A stretch of DNA of 64,000 nucleotides from a bacterium (GTDB taxonomy: Bacteria; Cyanobacteriota; Vampirovibrionia; Gastranaerophilales; Gastranaerophilaceae), in assembly GCA_017559905.1 (NCBI GenBank), contig JAFYQF010000023.1, forward strand, positions 1-64,000, written 5' to 3'. The notes beneath the pieces were generated by a model. It was not told the origin of the DNA. It ran no database searches and saw only the letters and a program-made list of their open reading frames with translations. Positions 36,913-47,239 of the stretch are shown here, piece after piece. A program made the position numbers and the translations under genes. The stretch's first letter is position 1, and every line of letters begins with the position of its first letter.

Positions 36913-37485
36913 TTATATATTTACTTTCATTTTTAAATAATTATATTTATAACTATTATTTTGAAAAAGCAAATATATGGTGCTTTCAACAAATTCACCT
37001 TTTAAACGATTATGGTTATTATAACATTTTGCTTTGATTTCTTTATAATTATTTATAATAATATTATTTATATATATTTTTTCATTTGGTAGAAAATGTA
37101 TGTCTGACAAATCTATATATTCAATATTATTTTGTTGTTCTAATATAAATAATTTAAAACCTTCTGTGCAAGAATAGTATGTTGAAAAAACAACACCTAT
37201 AACTTCTTTTTTACCATCTCCGTTTAAATCAGTTTCAAAAGCACTTATTGTTCTTGGGGTGATGTTTGCAAAATTTTGTGCTTCTTTTGGAGTTTTACCT
37301 AATTCTTTTAATACGAATTTATATAATATTCTACTTGCCTTTGCTTGTGACTGTTTGGAGAGATTATATTCGATAGTTCCGTCAGAATGAGAAATTGGCT
37401 TGTTATTTATTTTTGAGCAACTAAAGACAGGACAAGTAATAAACAAAAAAATTATAAATAAAATCCATATTTTTTTCATACACAT
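36913..37485 (-). CDS. Putative lipoprotein/secreted protein
   Basis: Signal peptide followed by a Cys ('LFITCPVFSCS'). Confidence 0.5.
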   Translation of the reverse strand: MCMKKIWILFIIFLFITCPVFSCSKINNKPISHSDGTIEYNLSKQSQAKASRILYKFVLKELGKTPKEAQNFANITPRTISAFETDLNGDGKKEVIGVVFSTYYSCTEGFKLFILEQQNNIEYIDLSDIHFLPNEKIYINNIIINNYKEIKAKCYNNHNRLKGEFVESTIYLLFQNNSYKYNYLKMKVNI

Positions 37486-37659
37486 ATTTTACTAAAAAAA
37501 CTCAACTTTTCAAATTATTAACATAATTTTTAACTCCTTTCTTTATGCTTATTGCCTATTGTCTATTATCAACAACTGTTGATAAATATCATATATCATT
37601 ATTTTGTGTATTTGTCAACAATAGTTGATTTTTTATTTTGTTTTGATTAGCATAAGAGT

Positions 37660-38046
37660 ATGAACAAGCAAGAACAACTTATAAAATTTGGAATAGCGTT
37701 AAAAAATAGACGTCAAGCGCTTAACTTGAGTCTTAGAGATGTTGAGAAAATATCTAATATTAGTGCTGCATTAATCACCAAACTTGAAAACGGTAAGATG
37801 GCAAATTTTCCTAAAGCATTAACTATTAAACAACTTAGCGATGCTTTAAAATTTGATAACGAATTATTTCTTCTTGCAGATATTTTAAATGAATCCCCAC
37901 AAGTTGCAAAATCCGAAAAAACTTTTGAAGAAGAATTTAGAGAATTTTTAGCAACAAAAACCACCCTAAATGCTGAAAATATTGAACAAACCTTATATTT
38001 TGTATCAGGATTAGAAAAATTACAACAAATAAAGAATATTAATTAA
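37660..38046 (+). CDS. XRE-family helix-turn-helix transcriptional regulator
   Basis: 'LKNRRQALNLSLRDVEKISNISAALITKLENGK' is a classic HTH_XRE. Confidence 0.7.
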   Translation: MNKQEQLIKFGIALKNRRQALNLSLRDVEKISNISAALITKLENGKMANFPKALTIKQLSDALKFDNELFLLADILNESPQVAKSEKTFEEEFREFLATKTTLNAENIEQTLYFVSGLEKLQQIKNIN

Positions 38047-38200
38047 AAATCATCTATACGCTTAATCATCCAAAGTATGTCTTGCATACTTGGTTCAAAA
38101 AATCTTTTGTACAAGGTTTCAATGAATGCTTCCCAACTCTCGCAGGAGATGGAGTTTTTTATTGTCAAAATTAAAGCGAGGTTTGTCCTCGCTTTTGTTT
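38044..38200 (+). repeat. Direct repeat copy B
   Basis: See copy A. The core here reads GATGGAGTTTTTTATTG (degenerate). Confidence 0.8.
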
Positions 38201-38257
38201 TGACTAAAAATTGCAAAAAGGATTTGAAGTTGTTTCAAATCCTTTTTTATATATTTA

Positions 38258-38740
38258 TTAATACATCAAAAATGCATCCATATTAACATCAACCCATGTC
38301 CCATTTTCGTATTTGTAATTTTTAACAGCTTTTATTCTTCGTTGATTAGTAGATACAGTTATGGAAGTAGATGCATCATTTTGAGCCTTTTCCATTTCAG
38401 AAACAAGAGATTGCCTATAATCATCTAACTGATTTCTTGTTAAATTATAAAGTGATGCAGTATCAGGAACCATATAACTTTTTAATTGTTGATCAGACAG
38501 AGAAGAAAAATCTACCCCTTTAGGTAGATTATAAGTATAGGACACCTCCTTTAACTGGCAGTAGCCGTTTTTCAATCCCAAAATCTCTGAATCCGTTCTA
38601 AGTCCAAACATAACATAAGTAGTCAATTTATATGGAGAACACGTTGCCAAGTTCTTTACATATGCATTATAGTTATCACTAGCTTTTACACTTGCATTAG
38701 CAAGCAATAACATAAGTAACAATAATAGATATTTTTTCAT
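38258..38740 (-). CDS. Secreted hypothetical protein (signal peptide)
   Basis: N-terminus 'MKKYLLLLLMLLLANASVKA'. Confidence 0.5.
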   Translation of the reverse strand: MKKYLLLLLMLLLANASVKASDNYNAYVKNLATCSPYKLTTYVMFGLRTDSEILGLKNGYCQLKEVSYTYNLPKGVDFSSLSDQQLKSYMVPDTASLYNLTRNQLDDYRQSLVSEMEKAQNDASTSITVSTNQRRIKAVKNYKYENGTWVDVNMDAFLMY

Positions 38741-39020
38741 AATTTCCTCCTATATTAAATCTTGCGATTTTTGCATTAAACCTCTTTTGTTTTGTATATA
38801 CGGCTTAATTTGGCAAAACTTCTATGAAATTATTATTCGTATAAAATCCTTTCATAAAGATACTTCCTTCTTATTTTTAACACGCTATATTAGCCTAGAA
38901 ATCATTTAAAAAGGTGAAAACAAGAAATAAATATAAATTCGTTATATTAAATCAATAATCCCAAAATCATTTATACCCTTAACACTTCGCTCAATATTGG
39001 TTTTGTTGTATAATTAACAC

Positions 39021-40298
39021 ATGCTAAATTTATTCAAACAGGGACATCCAAAAGGATTATTTTTATTATTCTGCGTAGAAATGTGGGAAAGATTCTCTTA
39101 TTACGGTATGAGAGCCCTTATTGTGCTTTACATGGTACAAGAACTTTTATATTCAGCTCAAAAAGCTGGCAATATTTATGGGCTTTATACAGGGTTAGTT
39201 TATCTTACACCACTTATTGGTGGCTATCTTGCGGACAGATATTTCGGGCAAAGAAAATGCATCTCAGTTGGCGCATTATTCATGATAATAGGTTTATTTC
39301 TTTTAGCATTTGGACCTAAAACATTATTTTTATTAGCGTTATTTTTCATGATTGTTGCTAACGGGTTTTTCAAATCTAACATCAGCTCTGTACTTGGACT
39401 TTTGTACGAAAATGATACTGACAAAAAAGATTCTGGATACACTATTTTTTATATGGGTATAAATTTAGGGGCATTTTTTTCCCCTCTAATTTGTGGAACA
39501 CTTGCTGTCAAATACGGCTATGAATACGGTTTTGCTGCGGCTGGTATAGGAATGCTTGTAGGATTTATTTTATATAAATGTTTAGAAAACAAATTGCTTG
39601 GCGATTATGGAACGTTTCCTGCAATCAATAAAACTTCTGACTCCAGTCAAACAGTAGATGAATCAAATAATAATCAACAATTATTTGCCCTTGTTGTTTT
39701 AATGCTATTTACAATTCCATTTTGGGTATGTTTTGAACAGGCAGGTTCATCGTTAACATTTTTTGCAGAATACCAAACAAATAGAAATTTCTTCGGATTA
39801 GAAATTCCAACAGGATATTTTCAATCACTGAACCCATTATTTATAATCACGCTTGCACCTTTAGTGTCAGCATTTTGGGGCATTTTAAGAAGCAAACAGA
39901 AAGAGCCAACTTCAGTTGAAAAATTCACAATTTCATTATTTTTAATCTCAATATCTTTTGTTATTTTAGCATTTGCAGGATTTTTAGCAGGTACAGGTAA
40001 AGTTTCACCGCTTTGGCTTGTTGCCGGATACTTCATTATGACAATAGCTGAACTTTGTCTTTCTCCAATAGGACTGTCGCTTGTTTCAAAACTTGCACCT
40101 AGGAAATTTTTATCACTTTTGATGGGATGTTGGTTTTTAACCAATTTTGCTGGCAACCTAATTGCTGGGATATGGGGCGGTAGTTACGAAACAATATCGA
40201 CAACAAAACTATTCGGCGGACTTGCTGTTTTATCATTTTCGGCGTGTTTATTGTTACTTTGTTTTATATCAAAGCTTAACAACGCCCTAAAAAGATAA
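39021..40298 (+). CDS. Proton-dependent oligopeptide transporter (POT/PTR2, DtpT-like)
   Basis: 'GLFLLFCVEMWERFSYYGMRALIVLYM' is the POT family signature. ~12 TM segments. Confidence 0.85.
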   Translation: MLNLFKQGHPKGLFLLFCVEMWERFSYYGMRALIVLYMVQELLYSAQKAGNIYGLYTGLVYLTPLIGGYLADRYFGQRKCISVGALFMIIGLFLLAFGPKTLFLLALFFMIVANGFFKSNISSVLGLLYENDTDKKDSGYTIFYMGINLGAFFSPLICGTLAVKYGYEYGFAAAGIGMLVGFILYKCLENKLLGDYGTFPAINKTSDSSQTVDESNNNQQLFALVVLMLFTIPFWVCFEQAGSSLTFFAEYQTNRNFFGLEIPTGYFQSLNPLFIITLAPLVSAFWGILRSKQKEPTSVEKFTISLFLISISFVILAFAGFLAGTGKVSPLWLVAGYFIMTIAELCLSPIGLSLVSKLAPRKFLSLLMGCWFLTNFAGNLIAGIWGGSYETISTTKLFGGLAVLSFSACLLLLCFISKLNNALKR

Positions 40299-40352
40299 TC
40301 TGTAGTAGCAAAAAATTTTAATCACAAGCCTTATAAATTTAGGATTAAAAAT

Positions 40353-41483
40353 ATGCGCACAACAAACACAACTTCAGCATCTCATAATACACCAAACTTT
40401 ACCGCAAAGATTAGACTTTGTGACAAAGGTCTGCTTGATTTGAACCACAACCAAAAATTGTTAACTCAACAATCTCCAATGGACTTTTTCTATGATGTGT
40501 CTAGCACAAAGACAAATCTTGACCTATTTATCAGAAAGCTTAAAAGCACAATTAGAAAATATCAAAACAACGAAAACAATTCAGAATTCAAAAAAAAGCT
40601 CCTAAAAAAAAGTTTCATTGTAGTTAACGATTTGAGCACCTTAATAAACAAATGCGCAATACTAAAAAACATTCCTGAAGTATACAAATCAAACAAATTG
40701 TTAAAGAAAACTTCACCAGAAAAAGCAAACTACATTGATACTTGGGCGATTTTTGGGAATTCCACCCCAAACAAAACTATAAACATAAACATTGAAGACA
40801 AAAGAATTGAAGATATAGCAAACTTAAAAGACTCTACAATCTTCATAATGAACCACGACAATGTTGTTCGAGACAGATTCATTTATCCTATACTTAATTC
40901 TTTTTTGAATTATGCATACGCAACTTTAAACAGACAAGCGGACTGTCCAAGACCTTACATTGTAGTCAGCAAGAACGTAGTTAAGAATGCTGGCAACAAA
41001 ACTATGCAAAATATCTTCAGAAAAGTAGGGTTGGTATCGGTCGACGCTCATTTAACCGAAAGAAAGCACTCCGAAAACATAAAACCTGTAAAAGCAATGA
41101 TTGAAAATTTCATTGATGATAAAGCGAATATTTTTATTTTCCCAGAAGGCAATAATTCAATATTCAAAGACAAAAGTTTAAAAGAAAAATTCCAGCTCGG
41201 TTTTATTAAAATCCTTAAAATGATCTCAGAGAAAAAAGAATCCATCAACATAATTCCAATTGGAATTACATACCCTGCAGATAAAAAAAGTATGGGAAAT
41301 ATATTCATAGGTGAAGTTTTGAAATTGAATAGAGAAGAAAAGATTTGGAGCTTAACCACACCTTCAGGAACTGAACCAATCGGCAAAGTTACCGACAAAG
41401 ACACCTTAAAGCATTTGTCAGACACTTTAGCAAACCAGCTTGAAAAATGCGTAACTGCTAGCAAAGCGCTTGAAATTGATTAA
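40353..41483 (+). CDS. Putative lysophospholipid acyltransferase-like protein
   Basis: 'IMNHDNVVRD' is H(X)nD-like and 'IFPEGNNS' resembles the FPEGTR motif. Support is weak. Confidence 0.35.
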   Translation: MRTTNTTSASHNTPNFTAKIRLCDKGLLDLNHNQKLLTQQSPMDFFYDVSSTKTNLDLFIRKLKSTIRKYQNNENNSEFKKKLLKKSFIVVNDLSTLINKCAILKNIPEVYKSNKLLKKTSPEKANYIDTWAIFGNSTPNKTININIEDKRIEDIANLKDSTIFIMNHDNVVRDRFIYPILNSFLNYAYATLNRQADCPRPYIVVSKNVVKNAGNKTMQNIFRKVGLVSVDAHLTERKHSENIKPVKAMIENFIDDKANIFIFPEGNNSIFKDKSLKEKFQLGFIKILKMISEKKESINIIPIGITYPADKKSMGNIFIGEVLKLNREEKIWSLTTPSGTEPIGKVTDKDTLKHLSDTLANQLEKCVTASKALEID

Positions 41484-41489
41484 CATTAA

Positions 41490-42986
41490 CTATTCTTCAA
41501 TAGTTAAACAATCAATACCACCACCATCACTTAACTTGTCAGTTGATGATACAAAATAAACTTTATCAACCCCCGCAGCAGCAAAGTATTTTTCAACGTA
41601 TTCATCAAGTTCTGGGTATTCAGATTTGTTTGTTATGAAAAATGTTTGCCCAGTTTTTTCAGACGTACCACCAACGCCATTTATATAATTTGTTTTTTCA
41701 TAGGGACCTGTAGAGAAATAAGGAATTCTGACTAATTTATATCCTGCACGAGCTAAATAATCATTAGCTTCAGCACGAATTCCCATAGTAGCTTTCATGT
41801 ATCCTCTCAACTCATTGATTTTCTGTCTAAGTGCCATTGCTTTTATTTCTAGGTACTGTAAATCTATTTCTTTTTTACGTCTACTATCTTGTCGGTTTTT
41901 AATTTTGTTTAATTTTTCAACTTCAGATTTTGGGAGAGCCTCACCACTAGGCTCAAATAATTCTAATTTTTTAGCATTAATTTCTTCACCTAGTTTATTC
42001 AGCATTTCAGTCAAGATTTTTGCACCTTCCTTATAATCCGGAATGGCTATTTCACCATTTTTCATAGGATGATAAGTTACGTCAACATGAAATTCATGTT
42101 GCGGAATAAAAGTAACTTTATTAAGCTCTAGCCCTAAATCTTCTGCAATGATAGCTTTTACCTTTTTAATATTTTCAGGAGTATGTTCTAACTTCATCAA
42201 ATCCAAAGTTAATCCAACTGAAGCATCACCCACGATTGCACCAGCAGAACCATCAGATAGGTTTGTATTCAAAACATTACCACCCTCGAGATAGCTTGTA
42301 CCATAATATTTCCGCTCATTATCTATATTTATATTAAAAGCATTACCTTCAAATATAACTCTACCATGCAAATTATTACTTACATTTCCTCTCGAACTCA
42401 CATAATCGTGTTTTATCAATTTTTCTTGCAATTGATGGTAAGAAAGATAAGTTTTACCGTCTTGACGTTTTATTTGTGAATCTTCAATCCAAGGATCTCC
42501 ACCACTTTCTATCTCTTGGATTTCAAAACCTTGTTCATCAGCAATAGCCTTTAATTCTTCTAGAACTTTTGGCTCATACATACTTTTAGATACATTTATC
42601 TTCGTAATCTTTCTATCTAAACCTTCAGATATAGACTGTTTTTGCTCTGTAAATTCCATCTTAAATATATCTTTCAAATCTATAGAACCATCTTTTAACT
42701 TTTTAGAAAACTCTTCCAACTCTACAACGTCAACTACTCCGTCATTATTGGCAGAGTCAAGCTTTTTGTCGACATACATAGTGATTTTATTCAACATGTT
42801 CATTTCATTAGCTTGGATTTGATTATCGGGACTACCATTTTCATCAACAGCCTTAAACACAGAATTTAAAGCAGAATGATTAGCACCCAAAACACTGTAC
42901 AATTGTCCTAAAAACCCTTTTACATCTGTGACTTTTCCAGTTTGGTCTCTAAATTTAAAAAGATTAAATTGACGAATTTCAGACAT
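41490..42986 (-). CDS. Guanidino-group-modifying enzyme superfamily (arginine/agmatine deiminase/amidinotransferase-like) protein with N-terminal EF-hand-like loop
   Basis: The C-terminus '...DGGGIDCLTIEE' matches the family's catalytic-Cys motif GGGxxC[LM]T. An 'FHVD' His motif is present. The N-terminal 'DSANNDGVVDVVELEEF' is an EF-hand loop. Confidence 0.45.
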   Translation of the reverse strand: MSEIRQFNLFKFRDQTGKVTDVKGFLGQLYSVLGANHSALNSVFKAVDENGSPDNQIQANEMNMLNKITMYVDKKLDSANNDGVVDVVELEEFSKKLKDGSIDLKDIFKMEFTEQKQSISEGLDRKITKINVSKSMYEPKVLEELKAIADEQGFEIQEIESGGDPWIEDSQIKRQDGKTYLSYHQLQEKLIKHDYVSSRGNVSNNLHGRVIFEGNAFNINIDNERKYYGTSYLEGGNVLNTNLSDGSAGAIVGDASVGLTLDLMKLEHTPENIKKVKAIIAEDLGLELNKVTFIPQHEFHVDVTYHPMKNGEIAIPDYKEGAKILTEMLNKLGEEINAKKLELFEPSGEALPKSEVEKLNKIKNRQDSRRKKEIDLQYLEIKAMALRQKINELRGYMKATMGIRAEANDYLARAGYKLVRIPYFSTGPYEKTNYINGVGGTSEKTGQTFFITNKSEYPELDEYVEKYFAAAGVDKVYFVSSTDKLSDGGGIDCLTIEE

Positions 42987-43098
42987 TCAGCAGCCTCCAT
43001 TACACTTTTATTCACATATTTACGAAGAATTTAACATAAAACTTTAAACATTTTAAAGTTTTATTAAGTATAAAATTTCATGTGCTAAAATATAAGTT

Positions 43099-43452
43099 AT
43101 GATTAAACTGATTAAAAAAATTTTTCAACATGAAAAACATATAGAGGGAATCTGCAATTCAAAGAAGTGCAAAGCTTGTTGTTGCTATACTGTTCCTCTT
43201 CCTCAAAAAACTATTGATGAAAACAAAGACAAAATAATTAATCCTATTATCTCAATTGAACCAATAGGAGAATCTGACGAATATAACGGCTACAATGTCC
43301 TAGCAATGACAGACAAAAGCCCTGCAAAAAGCAAATGTCCATTTTTGAGAGCTGATTATTTATGCAATATCTATGATGTTCGCCCAAACCTTTGCCGACT
43401 ATTCGGCACAATTCAAGAAGAAGGCGACCAGTACTGCAGGTTTATGAAATAG
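43099..43452 (+). CDS. YkgJ-family Cys-cluster (CxxCxxCC) protein
   Basis: 'CNSKKCKACCCY' is present, followed by 'CPFL...CNIYDVRPNLCRLFG'. Confidence 0.6.
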   Translation: MIKLIKKIFQHEKHIEGICNSKKCKACCCYTVPLPQKTIDENKDKIINPIISIEPIGESDEYNGYNVLAMTDKSPAKSKCPFLRADYLCNIYDVRPNLCRLFGTIQEEGDQYCRFMK

Positions 43453-43453
43453 C

Positions 43454-44155
43454 TTATTTCGCAAGTTTTTCAAGTAAAATTTTTGCATTTTCATAAACTG
43501 GACCAACACCATATTTTTCGTATATAGCCATTGATTCAGTCAATTCTTGTCTTGCCAAACTTGGATCTTTTTCAGCTAAAAACTTACCAATATCATATTT
43601 TACAGAAGCTAATTTAACCTCATAAACACCAACCGGTTTCATTTTTCTGGCAACTGTATTGTGACGTTTCTGAACATTATTATAATTTTTCACAATATCA
43701 TTTAATGCTCGTTTTTCAGTGTACAAAACATTCAAATACTTATCGCTTGCTGGTGCTGTTACTTTATAAATTTCTTTTAAATCATTTGCTCTAGCCATAA
43801 TATGCACAGGGTCGTGCTGACGTTTTGCAATAGCAAGAGCACTTGTTGCGAAATCTTCTACTAGCTTCGCATTACCTTCGTTAAATTTGATAAGAAAACT
43901 GTAAATAATTCCCGCTAAATTATTATCACCTAGCGACACAACTTTTTCAGCTAGCATTTTGCAAGCATTGTTTAATACGCCTTTTTTATCTTTCTTTTCA
44001 AAGTTAATCCCCAACACAGTTAATTCTTCTGAAAACTCTGCAGGTTTGATTTCGGCTTTTTTAGATACAGCTTTAATGGTTTTTTCAGAAAATATATTCA
44101 ATGACTTATTCAAATCTTTATTATTAATATTAGCTTTAGAGAAAGAAACTTTCAT
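43454..44155 (-). CDS. Hypothetical protein
   Basis: 233-aa ORF. Confidence 0.45.
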   Translation of the reverse strand: MKVSFSKANINNKDLNKSLNIFSEKTIKAVSKKAEIKPAEFSEELTVLGINFEKKDKKGVLNNACKMLAEKVVSLGDNNLAGIIYSFLIKFNEGNAKLVEDFATSALAIAKRQHDPVHIMARANDLKEIYKVTAPASDKYLNVLYTEKRALNDIVKNYNNVQKRHNTVARKMKPVGVYEVKLASVKYDIGKFLAEKDPSLARQELTESMAIYEKYGVGPVYENAKILLEKLAK

Positions 44156-44156
44156 A

Positions 44157-44462
44157 TTATACTCCTTTGTTATTAATTTTATTAATCTTATAATGTCTTA
44201 AACGCAACACTCTTTTGAGTATTTCAATCATTTCAGGACGATATTGTTCTGCAAGATAAGAAAATTGTTTTCTTCGCTTTAAGAAAAAACAAGTTCCAAT
44301 ACCGAAGAATACAGAAGGCACAGCTTCATGAGAAACAGCCGCATTTGCAGCTATACCAAAATTAAGAGCCGCCATACCTGTAACTATTGATTTTGATTTT
44401 ACTATATTTTTAAATTGTCTATTTATTGCATTTCCTTTTTGGAAAGCGGGTATCCGTAACAT
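44157..44462 (-). CDS. Small membrane protein, hypothetical
   Basis: 101-aa ORF abutting the upstream gene; hydrophobic. Confidence 0.4.
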   Translation of the reverse strand: MLRIPAFQKGNAINRQFKNIVKSKSIVTGMAALNFGIAANAAVSHEAVPSVFFGIGTCFFLKRRKQFSYLAEQYRPEMIEILKRVLRLRHYKINKINNKGV

Positions 44463-44489
44463 GTGTAAATCCTTTTTGTTATTTGTTTA

Positions 44490-45140
44490 TTAAAAGAAAT
44501 CTGGTAAATATTTTTCTAAAATTTCATTTATTTTTGCGGTTTCTTCTTTTGAAAGCTGTTCATCTTCAATAGTTGAGCCATCCTTATTTTTTATTAATTT
44601 AGTAATTTTACCTTCCTGATAATTAAAGCCCCAATGGTTCGCATTTTTTGTATTAACTCTAAATGACATAAGCCCATTAGTTTTATTTTTTTGAATTCGT
44701 TTAAACTCAAGATGTTCATCCTTTTCTAACAATTTAATCTTTGAAGGAACTTTTTCATCAACAATATATTCTTTCAATCTAAAAAGAACACAATCACCCC
44801 AATCATTTTTGTGATAAGTGAGTTGAGTTCCATCAGGCAAATAAAGGTTATAACGACGGCCAACTGTTTTGAGCAGATTAGGTAAAAGCCACTTACCATC
44901 ACCTTTAAATCCAATTACAGGAGATTCTTCATTTAGTTTTTGCAGCATTTTCAATACTTTTTCAGAAACAAAGCCATCTTTAGAGGTGAAACTTACCAAA
45001 TCTGATACACTCGGTTTTAGTTTAACATTTTCTCTATTATTAATATGCGAAAAATCATTCACATAACTCGTTTTTATATTGTTGACTGGTAATAACATTT
45101 CAAAAGTTTCTCCATTAATACTAATAGTTAAACATAACAT
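44490..45140 (-). CDS. Hypothetical protein
   Basis: 216-aa ORF. Confidence 0.45.
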   Translation of the reverse strand: MLCLTISINGETFEMLLPVNNIKTSYVNDFSHINNRENVKLKPSVSDLVSFTSKDGFVSEKVLKMLQKLNEESPVIGFKGDGKWLLPNLLKTVGRRYNLYLPDGTQLTYHKNDWGDCVLFRLKEYIVDEKVPSKIKLLEKDEHLEFKRIQKNKTNGLMSFRVNTKNANHWGFNYQEGKITKLIKNKDGSTIEDEQLSKEETAKINEILEKYLPDFF

Positions 45141-45251
45141 TTTTTGCTAGTAAATATTAAAAAATTTGTAAACATTTATAACAAATATAAATTTTTAAGT
45201 AAATTATTAAAATGTTTCTACTTAAAATACCTATAAGAAAAAAGGATTACT

Positions 45252-45584
45252 ATGAAAATAAACTCAATTAACACTTTCAACACGCAACCAAAAACAAACA
45301 AAATCAAGCAACAACCGCCCCAAAAAGCTCCATCATTTGGTAGCACGTATGAAATCAACGGCGATACAATATTAACAAGACAACAAGTTTTCACTATGGG
45401 AATGTTGATGAACAATTTTTGGATGCACAATGCCCGTAATACATTTATGGACATCAAATACAAACACGTATATGGCAGATTTACAATCCAAGTTAACGAT
45501 GCAAGAGATCATATTGTTGAAAAAATTTTAGAAAACAACAGGATTGAGTTTAAAAAACTTGATAACATAGAAGGAAATACTTGA
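45252..45584 (+). CDS. Hypothetical protein
   Basis: 110-aa ORF with an AAAAGGA RBS. Confidence 0.4.
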   Translation: MKINSINTFNTQPKTNKIKQQPPQKAPSFGSTYEINGDTILTRQQVFTMGMLMNNFWMHNARNTFMDIKYKHVYGRFTIQVNDARDHIVEKILENNRIEFKKLDNIEGNT

Positions 45585-45732
45585 TAAAAAACTTGTAATA
45601 AGCAAATCAAAAAAGAGGAAGAAAAATAGAAAATATAACACAGTAATACAATTAACTATTCAGACACAATTCCATTACCAAAATTTTCTAACCCCGAATT
45701 AGTCTAAAGTACCAAACTGGTTTTTATTACAA

Positions 45733-46086
45733 TTGATATTATCACTTACATTTTTTATTATCTCATATTCTATATTAAAGAGAATCTACAATAACAAAAT
45801 ATTTTTAACCTATAAAATTGGCAAGAACACTCTAAACATTATGGAGAATCACGTATTTATAATATTCTTAATATCAACACTTTTCAGCACAGTAGATGGA
45901 AAGCCAATAATTGAAACATCCCATATAACTAGCAGTTATTACAAAATGAACATATTCAAGTTCTTTTACACATTTAGCTCTATAGCTATATGTGTATATT
46001 TAGGTGATTTATACAAAACTTTAAAATCTAAATTAAAACCAAAGCTTAATACATACTTTGTAAAAAAATGTAATATTCAAATATAA
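45733..46086 (+). CDS. Hypothetical membrane protein
   Basis: 117 aa with two hydrophobic helices. Confidence 0.35.
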   Translation: MILSLTFFIISYSILKRIYNNKIFLTYKIGKNTLNIMENHVFIIFLISTLFSTVDGKPIIETSHITSSYYKMNIFKFFYTFSSIAICVYLGDLYKTLKSKLKPKLNTYFVKKCNIQI

Positions 46087-46155
46087 AATTAGGCAATAAT
46101 ATTAATATAAAACACTTTACTTAATTATGTAGAAAAAGTATGTAAAGGTGGTTTT

Positions 46156-47232
46156 ATGGTTGATTATTTTGAAATTGGTAAGTGTTTAATGAAAAATATA
46201 CCTTTAGCGGAAGGTTGTTCTGCGTCATTTCGTGTAAATCAAAAAGGTATTCAAAATATTACAGAAAAAAATCCTGAATTAGGTAAAGCTCTCTCCGAAT
46301 TAACAGAAGGTTTCGAAAACCCAACAGTTGAAATTGCACAAAAAGCTCAAGGTAACTATGGGGTAGCTAGTTTCAAAATAAAAAGCGAAAACAATATAGT
46401 AACAAAAGGAGCTTATTCCTCCTCTGAAGGCACTCTTGGAAGCTGTGAAAAAGTACATATTGAAGAAAATGGAGTCATTACAAACTTAACAAAAGAAAAT
46501 GGTACGACTACAAAAACAGTTCGAGACATTAGCTCAATAAAAGGACTTGAAAAAGCTAATGACTACACAACTAAAACTAAAATCGTAAAACCGCATACAG
46601 AAATTGTCGAAGATTTCATAACAGAATATGCAAATACAATAAAAGGAATGGATACAAGAAATTTCTGGGTACGTGAAGATTTGCTAAAGTTGACAAAAGA
46701 AGAAATGGCTGAACTAAAAAAACTAGCTGATATTGCTCGCCAAAAAGGTATCAAAATACCATACGACAAAGATAAAGAGTTTATTGAAATACCACTTGCA
46801 ATGCCAGATGGAAAACTTCACAAATGTAAAATTTTTGCAAGATATTATGACCATAAAATTGGAATGAGAATGTTTTTAGATAACGACATCCCTAGCGACA
46901 AATTTAATACAACCCAAGATATCGCTGTAACAGGTAATGGTAAAATTTTCGGAGGTACAAGCTTTCAAATAGAACGTCCAACTTTCGATGCAAAGACTCT
47001 CGCATTTGATTACAACAAGCAACGAGAATCAAAAAATATTATAGAACGATTAAAAGCAGAACTAAATATGGCTGAAGCAATTCAAAAGTGTTGGACAAAA
47101 GAAACAGCGGAAAGGTTTACTTACGAATACAGCCTAGATTGCGAACATTTTCTACGCAGACACGGAAAAGTCCATTCTGTTCTTGAACCAAACTTTACCG
47201 AAGAAACTTGGCATAAATACCGTAGATTTTAA
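46156..47232 (+). CDS. Hypothetical protein
   Basis: 358-aa ORF with an AAAGGTGG RBS. Confidence 0.5.
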   Translation: MVDYFEIGKCLMKNIPLAEGCSASFRVNQKGIQNITEKNPELGKALSELTEGFENPTVEIAQKAQGNYGVASFKIKSENNIVTKGAYSSSEGTLGSCEKVHIEENGVITNLTKENGTTTKTVRDISSIKGLEKANDYTTKTKIVKPHTEIVEDFITEYANTIKGMDTRNFWVREDLLKLTKEEMAELKKLADIARQKGIKIPYDKDKEFIEIPLAMPDGKLHKCKIFARYYDHKIGMRMFLDNDIPSDKFNTTQDIAVTGNGKIFGGTSFQIERPTFDAKTLAFDYNKQRESKNIIERLKAELNMAEAIQKCWTKETAERFTYEYSLDCEHFLRRHGKVHSVLEPNFTEETWHKYRRF

Positions 47233-47239
47233 AAAGGAA

